Positions 30,030 through 44,068 are shown, numbered from the stretch's first letter. The stretch: 64,000 nt of DNA from Eledone cirrhosa (GCA_964016885.1 CAXHJY010001290.1:1-64000); one strand, 5' to 3'. Program-made: numbers and translations. The notes: a model not told the origin generated them from the sequence alone.

Positions 30030-30250
30030 GTTTTCAGGCGTAACGTGAGAGTTTTGTCGTGATCCTTTTCTCCCGGCAACGGAACGACGTCGTATGCTTG
30101 TTATAGCGTTCTTTGAACTGCCTTTTCGTAAGTCCGACATGTCACTTAAGACTGATGATGAAGTCTGAACTTGTTGATTTGAATGTTGCCTCATAGATTA
30201 TAGTTTTACAGACTCCGTATAACAGGCATGTACCTCTGTTATTACAACAA
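30030..30250 (-). pseudogene. Second Penelope-like (Naiad-type) GIY-YIG relic
   Basis: CCNNRGTCLLYGVCKTIIYEAT...HVGLTKRQFKERYNKHTTSFR...TKLSRYA*KLKEN. Confidence 0.78.
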
Positions 30251-30874
30251 CACCCAGCTAATTTAGGTAGTGAGGGATGGGATTATTAGTGTTTATGCTT
30301 TTGAAGTTGGGCAGTGGAAGGGGAACTGATTTTAAGGTTATGCCCGTTATAAAGCTGCCTATATATATATATGCAAACTTTGCCCCCACAGCTAAAAAAT
30401 TCGTCCTTCGGCTCTGGTTGCGTAACGACTAGAAACCCACAGTATACTAGGAGCCCCACATCCCATATCCACCTTACATCTGCCACAAAATCGGTGGTAT
30501 AACAGAAGGATACTCGCTAGACAGCCAGGAAATTTGACTGGATATCGAATAGAGAGAAAAAAAAACAAAACAATTTTTTCTGTTTCACACCAAAATCTTC
30601 TATCAGAATTGGAAAAAGAATATGTTTCTTCCCCTAGTTGCCTCCCTCGTGTCAGATAAAAATATTTGTTCCACTTGATGAAGCATCAGAAATAAATACA
30701 CTCCTTCAAACGAGATGAAGATTGACGTCTGATTTGGAATTGATCTGCTGCGATTAAATTCCTAATCTAGAGTCACAAAACTGAGTATTCTACCAACATG
30801 TATGCTTAATCACTTAGTATTAAATATAATTATATATATATATTACAGAACTTTGCTTTTCTCCCCCTCTCTCT

Positions 30875-30978
<104 letters not shown>

Positions 30979-30983
30979 CATAC

Positions 30984-31275
<292 letters not shown>

Positions 31276-31493
31276 CACACACATAGACATTCACACATAC
31301 ATATATACATACATACATACATACATACATACATAATACATACATACATACATACATACATACATAATGTAAATATAATGTATATATAACATATATATAA
31401 TAATAAATATTGTAGTTTTCGTTGATGTTCACTTTCTGTCTGCCTGTCTCTCTCTTGCCCCCCCTCTCTCTTGCTCCCCCTCTCTCTCTTGTT

Positions 31494-31542
<49 letters not shown>

Positions 31543-31559
31543 ATCTATGTCTCTTTTTA

Positions 31560-31952
31560 CTATACGTTCTCAGGGACGTGTGTAGCGCCATATTTAGAAC
31601 ATATCTCCAGTTCTTCCATCTCAATGTCCCGAATGTAACCCATCTGTGTTGACCTTGTTACACTGGAATTGTGACGTTCAAACCTCTTCCTTCGAACGTA
31701 TTCTTTGCCTCTGATACACGAACAAAGGGCGTTAAGGAATGCTTCTCTGAAATTTCTTGACATGAATCCGTAAACTACCGGATTGACGCAACTGTTTGAG
31801 TACGCCATCAGGAAAAACGCTTCTCGCATTGGTTTCAAATAACCTATGTTCAATAAAGGCAGATAACCGTAAGCGACAAGTAAGTTGTTGGTCAAAATCG
31901 GAGCCCAGCAAATAATAAAAAGAACTATGACCAATACCAACATTTTGATAAC
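31560..31952 (-). CDS. Class A neuropeptide-type GPCR, last exon (TM6, TM7, C-tail)
   Basis: cgaacag acceptor; VIKMLVLVIVLFIICWAP (CWxP), NSCVNPVVYGF (NPxxY), helix 8 SRNFREAF; stop at 31560. Confidence 0.95.
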   Translation of the reverse strand, partial: VIKMLVLVIVLFIICWAPILTNNLLVAYGYLPLLNIGYLKPMREAFFLMAYSNSCVNPVVYGFMSRNFREAFLNALCSCIRGKEYVRRKRFERHNSSVTRSTQMGYIRDIEMEELEICSKYGATHVPENV

Positions 31953-32130
31953 CTGTTCGAAGAGAAGAAGAAAAAAAGAAAGGTTATATATTAGTTATAA
32001 TAATTACTAAAAAAATGTCACATATTTACATTTCTTTACTTTAGTTCGTACTTCTGTACAATCAACATGGCCACCATAATAACGTTGTTTAGTGGTGACT
32101 GCCTTTACACATAGGTAACATGTACATACG

Positions 32131-32202
<72 letters not shown>

Positions 32203-32290
32203 GTTGCACCCTTGCAAGCAGGGAAAAGCGGACGTAAAATGATGATGATGATACATATACATACACACACACACATATATATATACGCAA

Positions 32291-32372
<82 letters not shown>

Positions 32373-32749
32373 GTATTATGTATATATACATATAACGAGA
32401 GAAAGAAAACAGACAGATATAGAAATAGAAAATGCGTCGCTAGCTCATCAGCTTCCAGCCATCTGAACGGTTTCGTGCGGTATTGGAAGGACCGTTAAGT
32501 TTAGAATAGCTCGCACAGCAGAACATAAGTATATCCGCTGGTATGACGCGAAAGTAAAACATGTACGTTTGGAGCCATGTTCCATTAAAGAAACAGTTAG
32601 TCTTATCTGAGAGTGGAAGTAGTCGTGCGACCAAAGGGGAAGAGAGAAAAGAGTAGGAGAAGAGTAGGTTAAAAAGTAGTCAGTTACAGCAAACGCATTC
32701 GAAGCCTTCCAGAAACTTTGGATGTAATTGACAACTTTTTTAAAGGTAC

Positions 32750-32861
32750 CTGTTTTCGAGTTTGGTCTTCCTTTGCTGTGTTCTTTTTCATTTTAATCCG
32801 GGATTTATAAAACGGATCTTTTTCTGTATAGTTTGTACTCTGAGAAGGATATGTGTCATTT
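32750..32861 (-). CDS. GPCR ICL3 exon (QNDTYPSQSTNYTEKDPFYKSRIKMKKNTAKEDQTRKQ)
   Basis: atttcag acceptor, gtacct donor; 112 bp, open, and the phase 2 to phase 0 change is exactly what the flanking exons need; ends RKQ before VIKML. Confidence 0.85.
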
Positions 32862-33008
32862 CTGAAATCATTTCAAATAGTAAAATTTTAAACGTATGTC
32901 TTTAAACCTAGCCTTTTATATACATCTCAATAATTTATACCATTTCTAGACATACATATATCTACATATATATAACCGTACCCACCAGGAAAAAAAACAA
33001 ACACCACA

Positions 33009-33345
33009 GTGAAAACAACAACAACAACGATGACAACAACACCGACGACGACGACGTCAACAACAGTGATAACAACAACAACAAAAATCAGAACCACAAC
33101 GACAATGAAAAATAATAACCACAACAACAATGACATCAACAACGCAGACAACAAAAACATCCATAACAACAAATATGACAACAACAACAACAACAAGAAA
33201 GACGGCGACAACGCTGACAAAAACTATGTCAACATCGACAATGACAACAACAACAACAACGATAAGAACGACAACGAAAATGACAACAGCAACAACAGCA
33301 ACGACAACAATAACGAGGACAACAGTGACATCAACACCAACAAAT
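33009..33345. repeat. Degenerate (AAC/GAC)n trinucleotide tract
   Basis: Directly visible. Confidence 0.9.
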
Positions 33346-33519
33346 CCTGTATGACTTTAATCTCTATATAAATTTCTGCGAGTCTATCACAACAAGTATA
33401 GAGAGAGGAGTAGTTTGGCTACCTCATACTACTCCTCTTTCATTACCTCTGCTGCCTGCGTGAATGTATGTGTGTGTGTGTAAAAGGAAGGAAGAGGGTG
33501 GTGAAAAAACCACGCTGTG

Positions 33520-33870
33520 TGTGAGTGTAAATGTATGTGTGTATGTTTGTGTGAATGTATGTTTGTATTTGTGTGAATGTATGTGTTTGTGTGAATGTAT
33601 GTGTTTGTGTGAATGTATGTATTTGTGTGAATGTATGTCTGTATTTGTGTGAATGTATGTCTGTATTTGTGTGAATGTATGTCTGTATTTGTGTGAATGT
33701 ATGTGTTTGTGTGAATGTATGTTTGTATTTGTGTGAATGTATGTGTTTTTGTGTGAATGTATGTTTATATTTGTGTGAATGTATGTCTGTATTTGTGTGA
33801 ATGTATGTCTGTATTTGTGTGAATGTATGTGTTTGTGTGAATGCATGTTTGTATTTGTGAATGTATGTCT
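33520..33870. repeat. TG-rich minisatellite (TTTGTGTGAATGTATG core, 18/24 bp units)
   Basis: Directly visible periodic units. Confidence 0.9.
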
Positions 33871-33949
33871 GTGAGTGTGTATTTTTGTAAGCGTGTCTGT
33901 GTTTGCACGTTTATACTTATATATTCATACATATAAATGTATGCATATG

Positions 33950-33989
<40 letters not shown>

Positions 33990-34032
33990 TACGCGTCAGC
34001 GTATTGAAAAAATTTCTAGTAAACTAACTTAC

Positions 34033-34235
34033 TGTCCGTTTGTCATAGCTGTTCTGTTGTTGCTAACGATCCACAGTTCCTTACAGATGCTGGTGTAAGC
34101 AAAAGACATGACAGTTACAGGAATAAGCAATATTATTGACATCATATAAAATTCGTATATTTTATCCATTGTTTCTGATGACCACTGTTCTATGCACCAA
34201 TAACCCTTTCTGACAGTACCCACTTCTTCGTGGAC
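34033..34235 (-). CDS. GPCR exon (ECL2 with YWC, TM5)
   Basis: ttttcag acceptor, gtaagt donor; VHEEVGTVRKGYWCIEQW...LLIPVTVMSFAYTSICKEL. Confidence 0.93.
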
Positions 34236-34567
34236 CTGAAAAAAAAAATGCAAATTATATAAATACGAGCATAATACCCGTCAAAAATGACAATACATTC
34301 TATGTAATGATGCTTAAATCATTGATTATCCTTGAAATTCTTCTTCTCACATTGGGATTCATGCTCTGTTGTAATTGTTTTTGTCCGAAGATGGTAAATA
34401 TTGGTAAATATGGATGAAAAGATAGATAAATAGATACTGAGATAGATAGATAGATAGATTTCTTTATTAGCCACAAGGGCGCACTAGAAAAGGGGACAGA
34501 TAGATAGACAAATAAATAGACAGGCTGTCTCTATTGTTCTGTTGTGTTGTTTTTCTTTTTGTGTTTT

Positions 34568-34647
<80 letters not shown>

Positions 34648-34709
34648 AACACACATACACATATATGTGTGTATATATATATACACACACACACAAACAC
34701 ACATACACA

Positions 34710-34769
<60 letters not shown>

Positions 34770-35248
34770 AACACACATACACATATATATGTATATATAT
34801 ATATATATATATAAATATAAAGGTTAACATATACATAAAGTTATAGATATATACATGTTGCAACTGGTCACTTTTAAGCTCTATGAAGAATTAATAAATT
34901 AAAAAATCAGGGCATTATATCATAAATGATGTCTTTAGAATCATCAGATAATAAAATATATACTATTTCTTCTTCTAATTAGCATAATTAACCATATAAA
35001 GAATCAATCAGAACAAGCTATAAGAATAAATGCTCTTATGGGGAAATCTCCGACAAATAACCGAACGTAGCCTCTTCGCGGCGGCCTCAATCGAGTATTT
35101 ATCCAACATTTCGACAGCATATAGAAACTGACTAAATATACCATCAACCATATATATATATATATAAAGTATTTCCGTGGAAAAGGTAAAGGAAAGAAGA
35201 GTGCTCTATGTATAGTACAGAGCTTCTTAATTATGTAATAAACAACGC

Positions 35249-35437
35249 AATATAATTATTCCATTACTCAAGTTTTCACGAAGTCAGACGATTCTAACAG
35301 AGGCCATTGAATATGTTCATTAGATAGAAATCTTTATTTGGATATCCAAATAAAGATTTCTATCTGATGAACGGATTCAGACGCCTCTGATAGAATCGTC
35401 TGACTTGTGAAATCTTGAGTAATGGAATAATTATATT
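35249..35437. mobile_element. Fold-back element with an internal perfect 40 bp palindrome (35324-35363)
   Basis: 35249-35304 is inverted to 35383-35437. Confidence 0.8.
35358..35427 (+). ncRNA. Degenerate type I hammerhead fold
   Basis: TTCTAT-CTGATGA-ACG..TCAGACG/CGTCTGA..TGT-GAAA-..GTA-ATGGAA; stem III imperfect. Confidence 0.5.
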
Positions 35438-35454
35438 AATTATATTATGTTGTT

Positions 35455-35499
<45 letters not shown>

Positions 35500-35509
35500 A
35501 AAGGAACGA

Positions 35510-35720
35510 TCGACTTTCGTCAAAATCGGACCGAGGGAACAATGTTTCCGTTGGTCTTTCCAATTGCTAATACTATCTATCGGTCACAACTCCAGGTAGA
35601 AGGAGCAACGTGAAATAAAGTGTCTTGCTCAAGGACATAACGCATCGCCCGGTCCAGGAATCGAACTCACAACCTTACGATTGCGAATCCAATTCTCTAA
35701 CCACTCAGCCACACGCCTTC
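35510..35720 (-). mobile_element. tRNA-derived SINE family 2 (CORE-like)
   Basis: Minus strand GGCGTGTGGCTGAGTGGTTAGAG..GGTTGTGAGTTCGATTCC..TCCTTGAGCAAGACACTTTATTTCAC. Confidence 0.8.
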
Positions 35721-35724
35721 ACTA

Positions 35725-35784
<60 letters not shown>

Positions 35785-36323
35785 GTATATATATATATAA
35801 GAGAAAAATCAACAAGGAGAAACAATACGGTAGGACAACACAGTAAAATGATGATATTTATTACTCTAACGTAGGAAAAGAGTCTTAACGTAGTGATTTC
35901 ATCGGAATATAGAATGAAAGAAATAGAAAAATAGACGAGTGTAAGAAAGGAAAAAAAAAAAAAAAAAAATACGGGGAAAAACTTTTTTTTTCAGGAGAAA
36001 AATATACTTTGATGTATGTATTATTCATATTTTATTCTATGGGAAATATCGTCAAAACACAAATACTCCTTCACCATCAAAAATACATAAAAAATGAACA
36101 TGGCGTCATTTAGTGCGAAAAGAAAAAGACATAAGAAAACCCAGAAAATATTTGTCTAGTGATGAATGTTTATCAAATCCACACTGAGTGACCGACTGGC
36201 CATGTTAAGGGTCATAACATATATCATGATTTCCATATGACAACTAGAAAGAAGAACAATGTCGGGACAATCAGACATTTTATATTTTGTTTTAGAAAGC
36301 TTAAGTTGAAAACAAAATGAACG

Positions 36324-36660
36324 AGCGCAGGCTTGTGTGGTAAAACAAGCGTTCTTGATTCAGTCCCACTGCTCGGCACCTTGGGCAAGTGTCTTCTTCT
36401 CATAACAGCCTCGAGTTGAATAATGCGTGTGTGTGTCCATATCCATGTCTATGTTTACGTTTGTGTCTGTGTTTATATCCCGTAACTTAATGGCTCTACC
36501 AAAAAAAAAAAAAAAAAAAAGATTGATAATATAACCATCAAACTTGAAATAATAAATAACGAGGGTCGATATGACTGTAATTGATCAAACCACGGCAATG
36601 TCCCAACATGGCCGAAGTCTAATTCCGGACACCAGTAAAAAACTAGACGAATAAAAGAGT
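36324..36660 (+). mobile_element. SINE family 2 copy
   Basis: TTCAGTCCCACTG..GGCACCTTGGGCAAGTGTCTTC, internal (GT)n, CATGGCC..AGTAAAA tail. Confidence 0.75.
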
Positions 36661-36894
36661 TATGAAATTAACTTTTGAGCTAATACAGAAATAAGAATGT
36701 TCTGTTTGATACATTTATATGTAAAGAGAAGAACCTATACACACTGGATTTAATCTCAAGTAGTTACTATTATAAGGTGTCAAATGTTTAAAGTAAGGAG
36801 TTAGTACTATAAGGTACAGAAAGGGTTAAGTAATCATATTGATGGTCTCTCCACAACCCCGGCGGACAGAATGGAGAAGGCGTTTCCCCAGAGG

Positions 36895-37050
36895 ATGGTA
36901 AATTAGCATACTTTTTACGACGTCGAGTAAAATGTCTTGTGGTAGTTATTCCGGCTATCTGCGCTCTGAGCTCAAATCCCGTCGAAGCCAACTTTACATT
37001 TCATTCTTTCGGGATCGATAAATAAAATACTAATCCAGTGCAGGGGTCGA
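36895..37050 (+). mobile_element. Diverged SINE family 1 copy
   Basis: CTGAGCTCAAATCCCGTCGAAG..TTTCATTCTTTCGGGATCGATAAATAAAATAC. Confidence 0.7.
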
Positions 37051-37299
37051 TTCTTCTTGTTTCTCGTTTTTTTTCTTCTCCTCACCTGCACCTCCCTCAG
37101 GAAGAAATCAGCTGTGCTTAGACCAGGAGAGGGATGGGCTCAATCGCGTTTAAATGACCATGGCGGCGCCCCAGCGATTCCATCAGGAGTTAAGGTCTCC
37201 TGGCATGACATGATATATAGATGGATTGTCTTATATCCAGCCACTTAACATATTTCATGATATGTAGGTGGTTTCCTATTCAATTAAAGGTTATATAAT

Positions 37300-37488
37300 T
37301 GTTTCTACTTTTGGCACAAGGCCAGCAATTATCCCAGTACATTACTGGTACTTTATTTTATCGACCCCGTAAGGATGAAAGGCAAAGTTAACCTAGGCGG
37401 GATTTGAACTCAGAATGGCAAGAGCCGTAACTCTATGCATCAAATCATGGCGTCCAACCCTCTACCGATACTGCCAATTCACCGCCCT
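37300..37488 (-). mobile_element. SINE family 1 copy with captured inverted segment and target duplication
   Basis: Full consensus; ATTAAAGGTTATATAAT at 37283 and 37583. Confidence 0.88.
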
Positions 37489-38737
37489 ATACCACATCTC
37501 ACTACACCACTCTACGAGACACTACACGACACTACATCACCCCTCATTACACCATACTACACCACACTATACCATATTGCATATTAAAGGTTATATAATA
37601 ATTGCACATTGGTAAAGATGATGCAAGCAGTTTGATTCAGCATTGAAGAAATGCAAACAATGTATACAAAAGGAAATATTTCGATCAGGCTCCCTCAGGT
37701 TGATTCAAAAAATGGAACGAAGTCTCTATTCATAATTCTTAATGTCAAATACAATTTTAATACAAAGAAGCACACATTTCCGTTTATTATTTCTCGTCTC
37801 CCCATCTTCTTTCTTTAGTTTATGCGTTTGTCTTGAAATTTACATCCTGTTTTAAATTGGTCTTATTATTCAAGAATTTTCATAGCAAATTCTTCTCATG
37901 GCATGTTGGTATTTATTAGCAACTTTTCTATTCCTGGTGTCATGGATGTTGTAAATATTTTCAATACAAGAAGGATTTCAAATAAAACTACCTCAGCAAT
38001 TACCATCAATGTCATTTTCCCGCAGCAATATCTTGTTTGTTATTTTTAAAAACATGGTTGTAATTGAAATATTTCACCTTATAATGTGCCAGCAATTGTT
38101 TGTCACAGTACAGCTAATTATGTTTCAAATAATGTTGACGCTAACCTGCTCGATTTGTGTGTAGTGTACAACTGTGTAATGCACACGTTCACATGTGAGT
38201 TCGACGAAACTTAAATACACATATATGCGTACACATGCAAATACACAAACAGGTAGAGGCGTTTCAATGATTAATTCAGGTGACATGAAAGATAAATTCT
38301 GTGTGGTGCAATATGGTATAGTGTGGTGTAGTATGGTGTAATGAGGGGTGGTGTAGTGTCGTGTAGTGTCGCGTAGAGTGGTGTGGTGTAGTGAGATGTG
38401 GTATAGTTTGATTTAGTGTGGAGTAGTGGAATGTAGTATAGCGTATTGTGATGTCATGTAATGTTGTGTGGCGTGATATTATGCCGTATGATGTAGTGCG
38501 GCGTAGTCTGGTATAACGTGGTGTTGTAATGTCTTTCACTTTATGTGATATCATTAACAAATGAAATCTATTCTTTCTATTTTTTAAGCTACATAAAATA
38601 ATTCTTTAATGTTATTTTTAATGCTAATCTATAAATACGATTACAAACGGAAAGGATTACTTTTGAAGAAAGCTAAGCACTTACAGGACATCTTTAAAAA
38701 GAAAAAAAAATGTACACATATATATTTATATCTTTTG

Positions 38738-38808
38738 AGAAAATATCAGCAGTTGGAGAGAAAATATCAGCAGTTGGAGAGAAAATATCAGCAGTTGGAG
38801 AGAAAATA
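38738..38808. repeat. 21 bp tandem repeat x3
   Basis: GAGAAAATATCAGCAGTTGGA repeated. Confidence 0.9.
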
Positions 38809-38833
38809 TAGTTTGTGTATTAGGTTATAATAG

Positions 38834-39875
38834 TTGTTTTTACTTTTGGCACAAGGCCAGCAATTATCCCAGTGCATTACTGGTACTTTATTTTATCGAC
38901 ATCATAAGGATGAAAGGTGGGATTTGAACTCAGACCGTAAAGGGCCGTATTCGGTTATAATAATTGTTTCTACTTTTGGCACAAGATCAGCAATAATTCC
39001 AGTGCATTACTGGTATTTTATTTTAATAATAATTTATTTTAATAATAATAATTGTTTCTACTTTTGGCACAAGGCCAGCAAATACCCAGTGTGTTACTGG
39101 TACTTTATTTTATCGACCCCGTAAGGATGAAAGGCAAAGTTAACCTCGGCGGGATTTGAACTCAGATCATAAAGGGACGTAACTCTATGCTTCAAAGCAC
39201 GGTGTCCGACTCTCTACCGATACTGCCAATCAACCGCTTATAATAATGGTTTCTGATTTAGGCATAAGGCCAACAATTTTTGGGGAGGACTTAAATCGAT
39301 CCCAGTGCGATACTGGTACATTATTTTATCGATCCCGTAAGGAGGAAAGGCAAAGCTAACCTCGGCGGAATTTGAACTCAGAACGTAAAGGGCCGCAAAT
39401 CTATGCCGCAAAGTATGTTGTCCGACGCTCTACTGATACTACCAATCCACCGTCGCCAAAAATGCTGAATCACTTCGTAATGTGGAAAGAAAAGCCAGAT
39501 AGGAGTATGCAAAATTTTATAGCAACATCCATCGGATATTTACTCTATTTATAGTTCTCCCAAATAATAATATTTTTCTCCCCAAACTACCAAAAACACA
39601 CATCTAGTTCTATATGCGCTACAATTTATGTTCATGTTATGTTTATTTCATATCGACGTCTTTTATATCTTGGTTAATATTTGATAATTGTTTCTACGTT
39701 AGGCACAAGGCCAGCAATTACCCAGTGCATTACTGGTACTTTATTTTATCGACCCCTTAAGGATGAAAGGCAAAGTTAACTTCGGCGGGATTTGAACTCA
39801 GAATGGCAAGGGCCGTAACTCTATACGCCAAAGCATGGCGTCCGACCCTCTCCCAATACTGCCAATCCACCGCCC
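38834..39875 (-). mobile_element. Cluster of at least five same-orientation SINE family 1 copies
   Basis: Repeated GGCACAAGGCCAGCAATT..ACTGGTACTTTATTTTATCGAC; last copy flanked by TAATATTTGATAAT duplication. Confidence 0.9.
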
Positions 39876-40112
39876 TAATATTTGATAATAACAGCTAAAC
39901 TAATCACTACAACTAAATTGACCAAATTTGCCCCTTACCCCCAATTCAGAAATGCTTCCCCAGCCCCTGGAGTAGCGAGACTTCAGTGATCAGCCTCTTC
40001 AACTCAGCGGTACCAATCAGAATACTAAAATCTAGTGAGAGTTCTTTATCGACTAGTGTGGGGCATTGTGTTAGGCATAGTTGATTAACATATTATCTTT
40101 ACTTTACTGACC

Positions 40113-40424
40113 GTGTGAATGGGCCTTCACTCTACATCAGACTATAGGTGAGGAAGATGAAAGATCAAGGGAGCACCGCCTCTCTGTGCTTCTGAGGAGA
40201 AGGGTTGCACACTTTTTTCGGCGGTGTGTGCGACCCCCCCCCCCCCCAGGCGCCTCCTCCCTATTGAGGATTTTGTTATAAAATTTATTTTGTTATATTT
40301 TATTTTATTTTTATACTTTTATATTTTGTTATTGCCTCCTCCATATTGAGGACGCCTTTGCATGTAAACTCCCCCCTTTGTACTTGTCCCACTTTTGATG
40401 CCCTGGTGGCAAATAAAAAGAAAG
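40113..40424 (+). mobile_element. Truncated L1/Tx1-like LINE 3' end with 20 bp TSD
   Basis: TTATCTTTACTTTACTGACC on both sides; homologous to 49243-49545. Confidence 0.8.
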
Positions 40425-41133
40425 TTATCTTTACTTTACTGACCTCAATGGGTAGTATAGATGACTAGTATGATTCTTTTATAAAGATTCCAACAACCAA
40501 ATTTACAGAGTTCAGGCCAGTAATCTCTATGTCTTCGACACCGTTTTCTTCTTCCCATGGGCTATGCATGTGTGTACATGTTGGCTATCAGTTCCTTTAC
40601 TAATTACAGGATTCTGGCTTCTTCACATCGTTTCATTTCAGCCTGAATAGCAACACAGCAATATACATACAACACTGAAGTGAGGAACCACTCAAAATGG
40701 ATGGTGACTCTATTTATAGTCTGAACTGGTCCAGGCAATAAAACTCCATATTGATTGGCTGGCCAGTTGATCGTCTGCTGACGTTGACCGATCAAGGTAA
40801 TAGCATGTCTGCACACTACCTCATGGGGGCCAATTACTAGAGAAAAGAACATTCTGAAATTCTCTTGAGATTTCTTCTTTATTCCTAGGAATATGATCTT
40901 CCTGACAATGGCGATGACAACAACAACGACGACAACAACAACGACTTTCTTTATTGGCCACTAAGGTCAAAATACAAAGGACAATACAATACTTCTAATG
41001 AAAGACATATCTATAATTTGAAAATAATAAAGAATTTGGAGAGGTTTCGTAGAATAACTAACTTCTTTATTATTAAACTGGTATTTAGAATATAACTCAT
41101 GGGAGACGTAATTATATTTATTTACACACACAC

Positions 41134-41203
<70 letters not shown>

Positions 41204-41295
41204 GCATTGGTGCTCTGAAATAGCGATGTATTCATGAATGTATGTATATTATATTTGGAAACATACGGTATATTGCCAAATATACTATATTTACA

Positions 41296-41363
<68 letters not shown>

Positions 41364-41699
41364 TAAAGTTGGTGGGGACCATGTATGTGTATTTATATAT
41401 TATTATATCTATATATATAGTTGGTGGGACCATGTATGTATATTTGAGTGTGTGTCTGTAAAACATATACATGTACACCAGGTCCGAACACAAAGGAACC
41501 AAACTCCCACTGTCACCGCCTCCGTCTCTAACGCTCTCCCCATCTCTCACGATTATGATGGCAAATGAGCGCTCAGAGAAGGATTTTAGTTAAATGCAAA
41601 CAATTTAAAACAAATAATTTTGTATCATAAAACCGCGAACGGTTTCGAATGGTTTGGTATCGAATGGCTAAAATGCATTGAATATCAAAATTCACTTAC

Positions 41700-41823
41700 C
41701 CGACCAATAATTATTGGAGAAGCCAATAAAAATGATAAAATCCAAATAAAGAAAATTGCTTTTTGGGCTCTGCTTACAGTGCAGACATATTTTGCTTTGA
41801 TTGGATAGATGATTGCGTAATAC
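41700..41823 (-). CDS. GPCR exon (completes the ERY motif, ICL2, TM4)
   Basis: ctttgtag acceptor, gtaagt donor; R-YYAIIYPIKAKYVCTVSRAQKAIFFIWILSFLLASPIIIGR. Confidence 0.95.
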
Positions 41824-41984
41824 CTACAAAGAAAAACAATACAAAATATTTTTAGTAAACGATGAACTACTACAACTGTGTACCATCGGGTATTACACTT
41901 ATGGTAAGATCTTTCAATTGTAGAAAACACCACAACTCCGAAGCCGTAGACGAGTGAAAAACAAAACAAAACAAACAAACACCG

Positions 41985-42210
41985 AAGTCAACTCTACCTT
42001 CATCATTTCGAGGTCGATACAATAAACTACCAGTCAAATCCTGAGGTCGAGTCGATGCGATCGATTTTCGCTCCCCTGTAAAATTGCTGGCCATGTGAAA
42101 AATTAGAAACCGTTGTTAACTTTGCCTTTCATCCTTATGGGGTCGATAAAATAAAGTACCAGTAATGCACTGAGATAATTGTTGGCCTTGAGCCAAAAGT
42201 AGAAACAGTT
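41985..42210 (+). mobile_element. SINE family 1 fragments
   Basis: GTTAACTTTGCCTTTCATCCTTATGGGGTCGATAAAATAAAGTACC. Confidence 0.8.
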
Positions 42211-42619
42211 ATTATTGAGAACTTGAACCTTCTTCTCTGACCAGGCCCTTATTAACTTCTTCGTGTACCACATGAAGAAGAAAATAAAGGAAGGGAGGTA
42301 AGTGCTATTTTCTAGTGTATTTTATGAAAAATGGCTGAGGGCAGCGAGATTGACGAATCTGAATAGATTTTCTCTGACTGTGTTTTTCTAAGACAGAGGA
42401 AAGAAACCGGGAGAAGGCAATGCCAATGGCCGTGAAGTGACAAAATTATCCAGGGTTTTGTGTGGGGTTTTCTTTTTGAAATTACCCTCAAGTACAGTCC
42501 TCACCTTTTTGGGGAACTGGTTCTAGTTGATATTTGTTATTGTATTCTATTGTTATGAATATTAAAGAAAAACCAAAAAACATTCTCTATTGTTATCCCC
42601 TTCTCAGTGTTGTTTTTAT

Positions 42620-43175
42620 CCGTTGTTGCCAACTGCGAAAGAATGTCATCTCGCTACTACCTCCCCATGAGACACGATGGGATAGCTAGAACCATCTGGA
42701 ACGCACTTCGGAAAACAAAATTAAAAACAAACGAGGAAGAATATATTGAGACAGATTGCACTAAGGAATACTGGTGGAACCTGAAAATAAAAACTGCCAC
42801 CAAATTAAAGCACAACCGACCTGATATTGTTGTTTGGGACCACACATTGAAAACGTATTCTGTTGTAGAGATCAGCTGCCCACTTGATGTAAACGTTGTC
42901 AGAAAAATACAGGAGAAGGAGGACATCTACGGACCATTGATAATACACCTTTAGCTTCATACCCATCATTATTGGAGCTACGGGTTATATACCAACCCGC
43001 TTGGACCAAAGTATAACTGAACTTGGATTTGCGGACAAAGAGCGCAGCTCCTTAATTCATAGTTTACAAATGGCTGCGATAGCTGGCACCTTCAAAGTTT
43101 GCGATTCAAGGGATGACAAATTCTTTTCTTTTACAACCTTGTCACCAGGAAGGTGGCCGGTCAAAAATATACTCG
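42620..43175 (+). pseudogene. Non-LTR retrotransposon C-terminus with restriction-like endonuclease (R4/Dong-like), abutting (TACA)n
   Basis: RHD, WWN, RPDIVVWD, VEISCP, EKEDIY and PIIIGATG motifs; interrupted by a stop and frameshift. Confidence 0.85.
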
Positions 43176-43765
43176 AAATTAAGAGAAAGAGAGACATAGA
43201 TACATGCATACATACATACATACATACATACATACATACATACATACATAGATACATAGATACATAGATACATAGATACATACATACATGCATACAAGCA
43301 TGCATACATACATGCATATGTATGTATACATACATACATACATACATGCATACATACATACATACATACATACATACATACATACATACATACATACATA
43401 CATACATACATACATACATAGATACGCATACGTATAACGTGTGTGGTATGATGTCCATGTCAGCTGAAGGCGACAGAGAAGCTGAATGTCTACATTAATG
43501 ACTCACGTGATCTTAAATTAATTATGTATTACAGCCTTCAATATTTACAAGCGTCTTTCAAAAATATTAATGAATTTTCTTTTCACCAGATTTTCATGAT
43601 ATATTTATATGTATATGTATATATATATGTATATATATATGATATATTTATATGTATATGTATATATATGTATATATATATATGATATATTTATATGTTT
43701 GTATATATATATATATATATATGATATATTTATATGTATATATATATGTATATATATATGTATAT

Positions 43766-43876
43766 ATAAATTAATAAAAATAATGAATAAAAACAAAGAA
43801 ACAGTTCCTTATATTAAAATTTGTTTAATATAAGGAACTGTTTCTTTGTTTTTATTCATTATTTTTATTAATTTAT
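43766..43876. repeat. Perfect hairpin, ~53 bp arms, at a TA array edge
   Basis: ATAAATTAATAAAAATAATGAATAAAAACAAAGAAACAGTTCCTTATATTAAA and its reverse complement. Confidence 0.9.
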
Positions 43877-44068
43877 CTTGACTCTGTTTTCCTGTGTTTT
43901 TCATTCTCTTTTCATATTTGGATTACATTGAGTTCTTCATACGGATTGGACACTACCGTATATTTTGGTAGATTTATCTACATATATATATATTAATATT
44001 TACTAGTTGTAACCCAACAATTTAAATATAACTTTCCATATATATATATATATATATATATGTACATA

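Noticed and set aside
32927-33371. Poly-Thr/Asn or hydrophobic Val-rich ORFs as a GPCR exon or membrane protein
   Set aside because: Degenerate (AAC)n tract; the 112 bp exon at 32750-32861 already completes the reading frame
35625-35720. tRNA gene
   Set aside because: A- and B-box-like head continues into SINE body sequence repeated elsewhere; no complete cloverleaf
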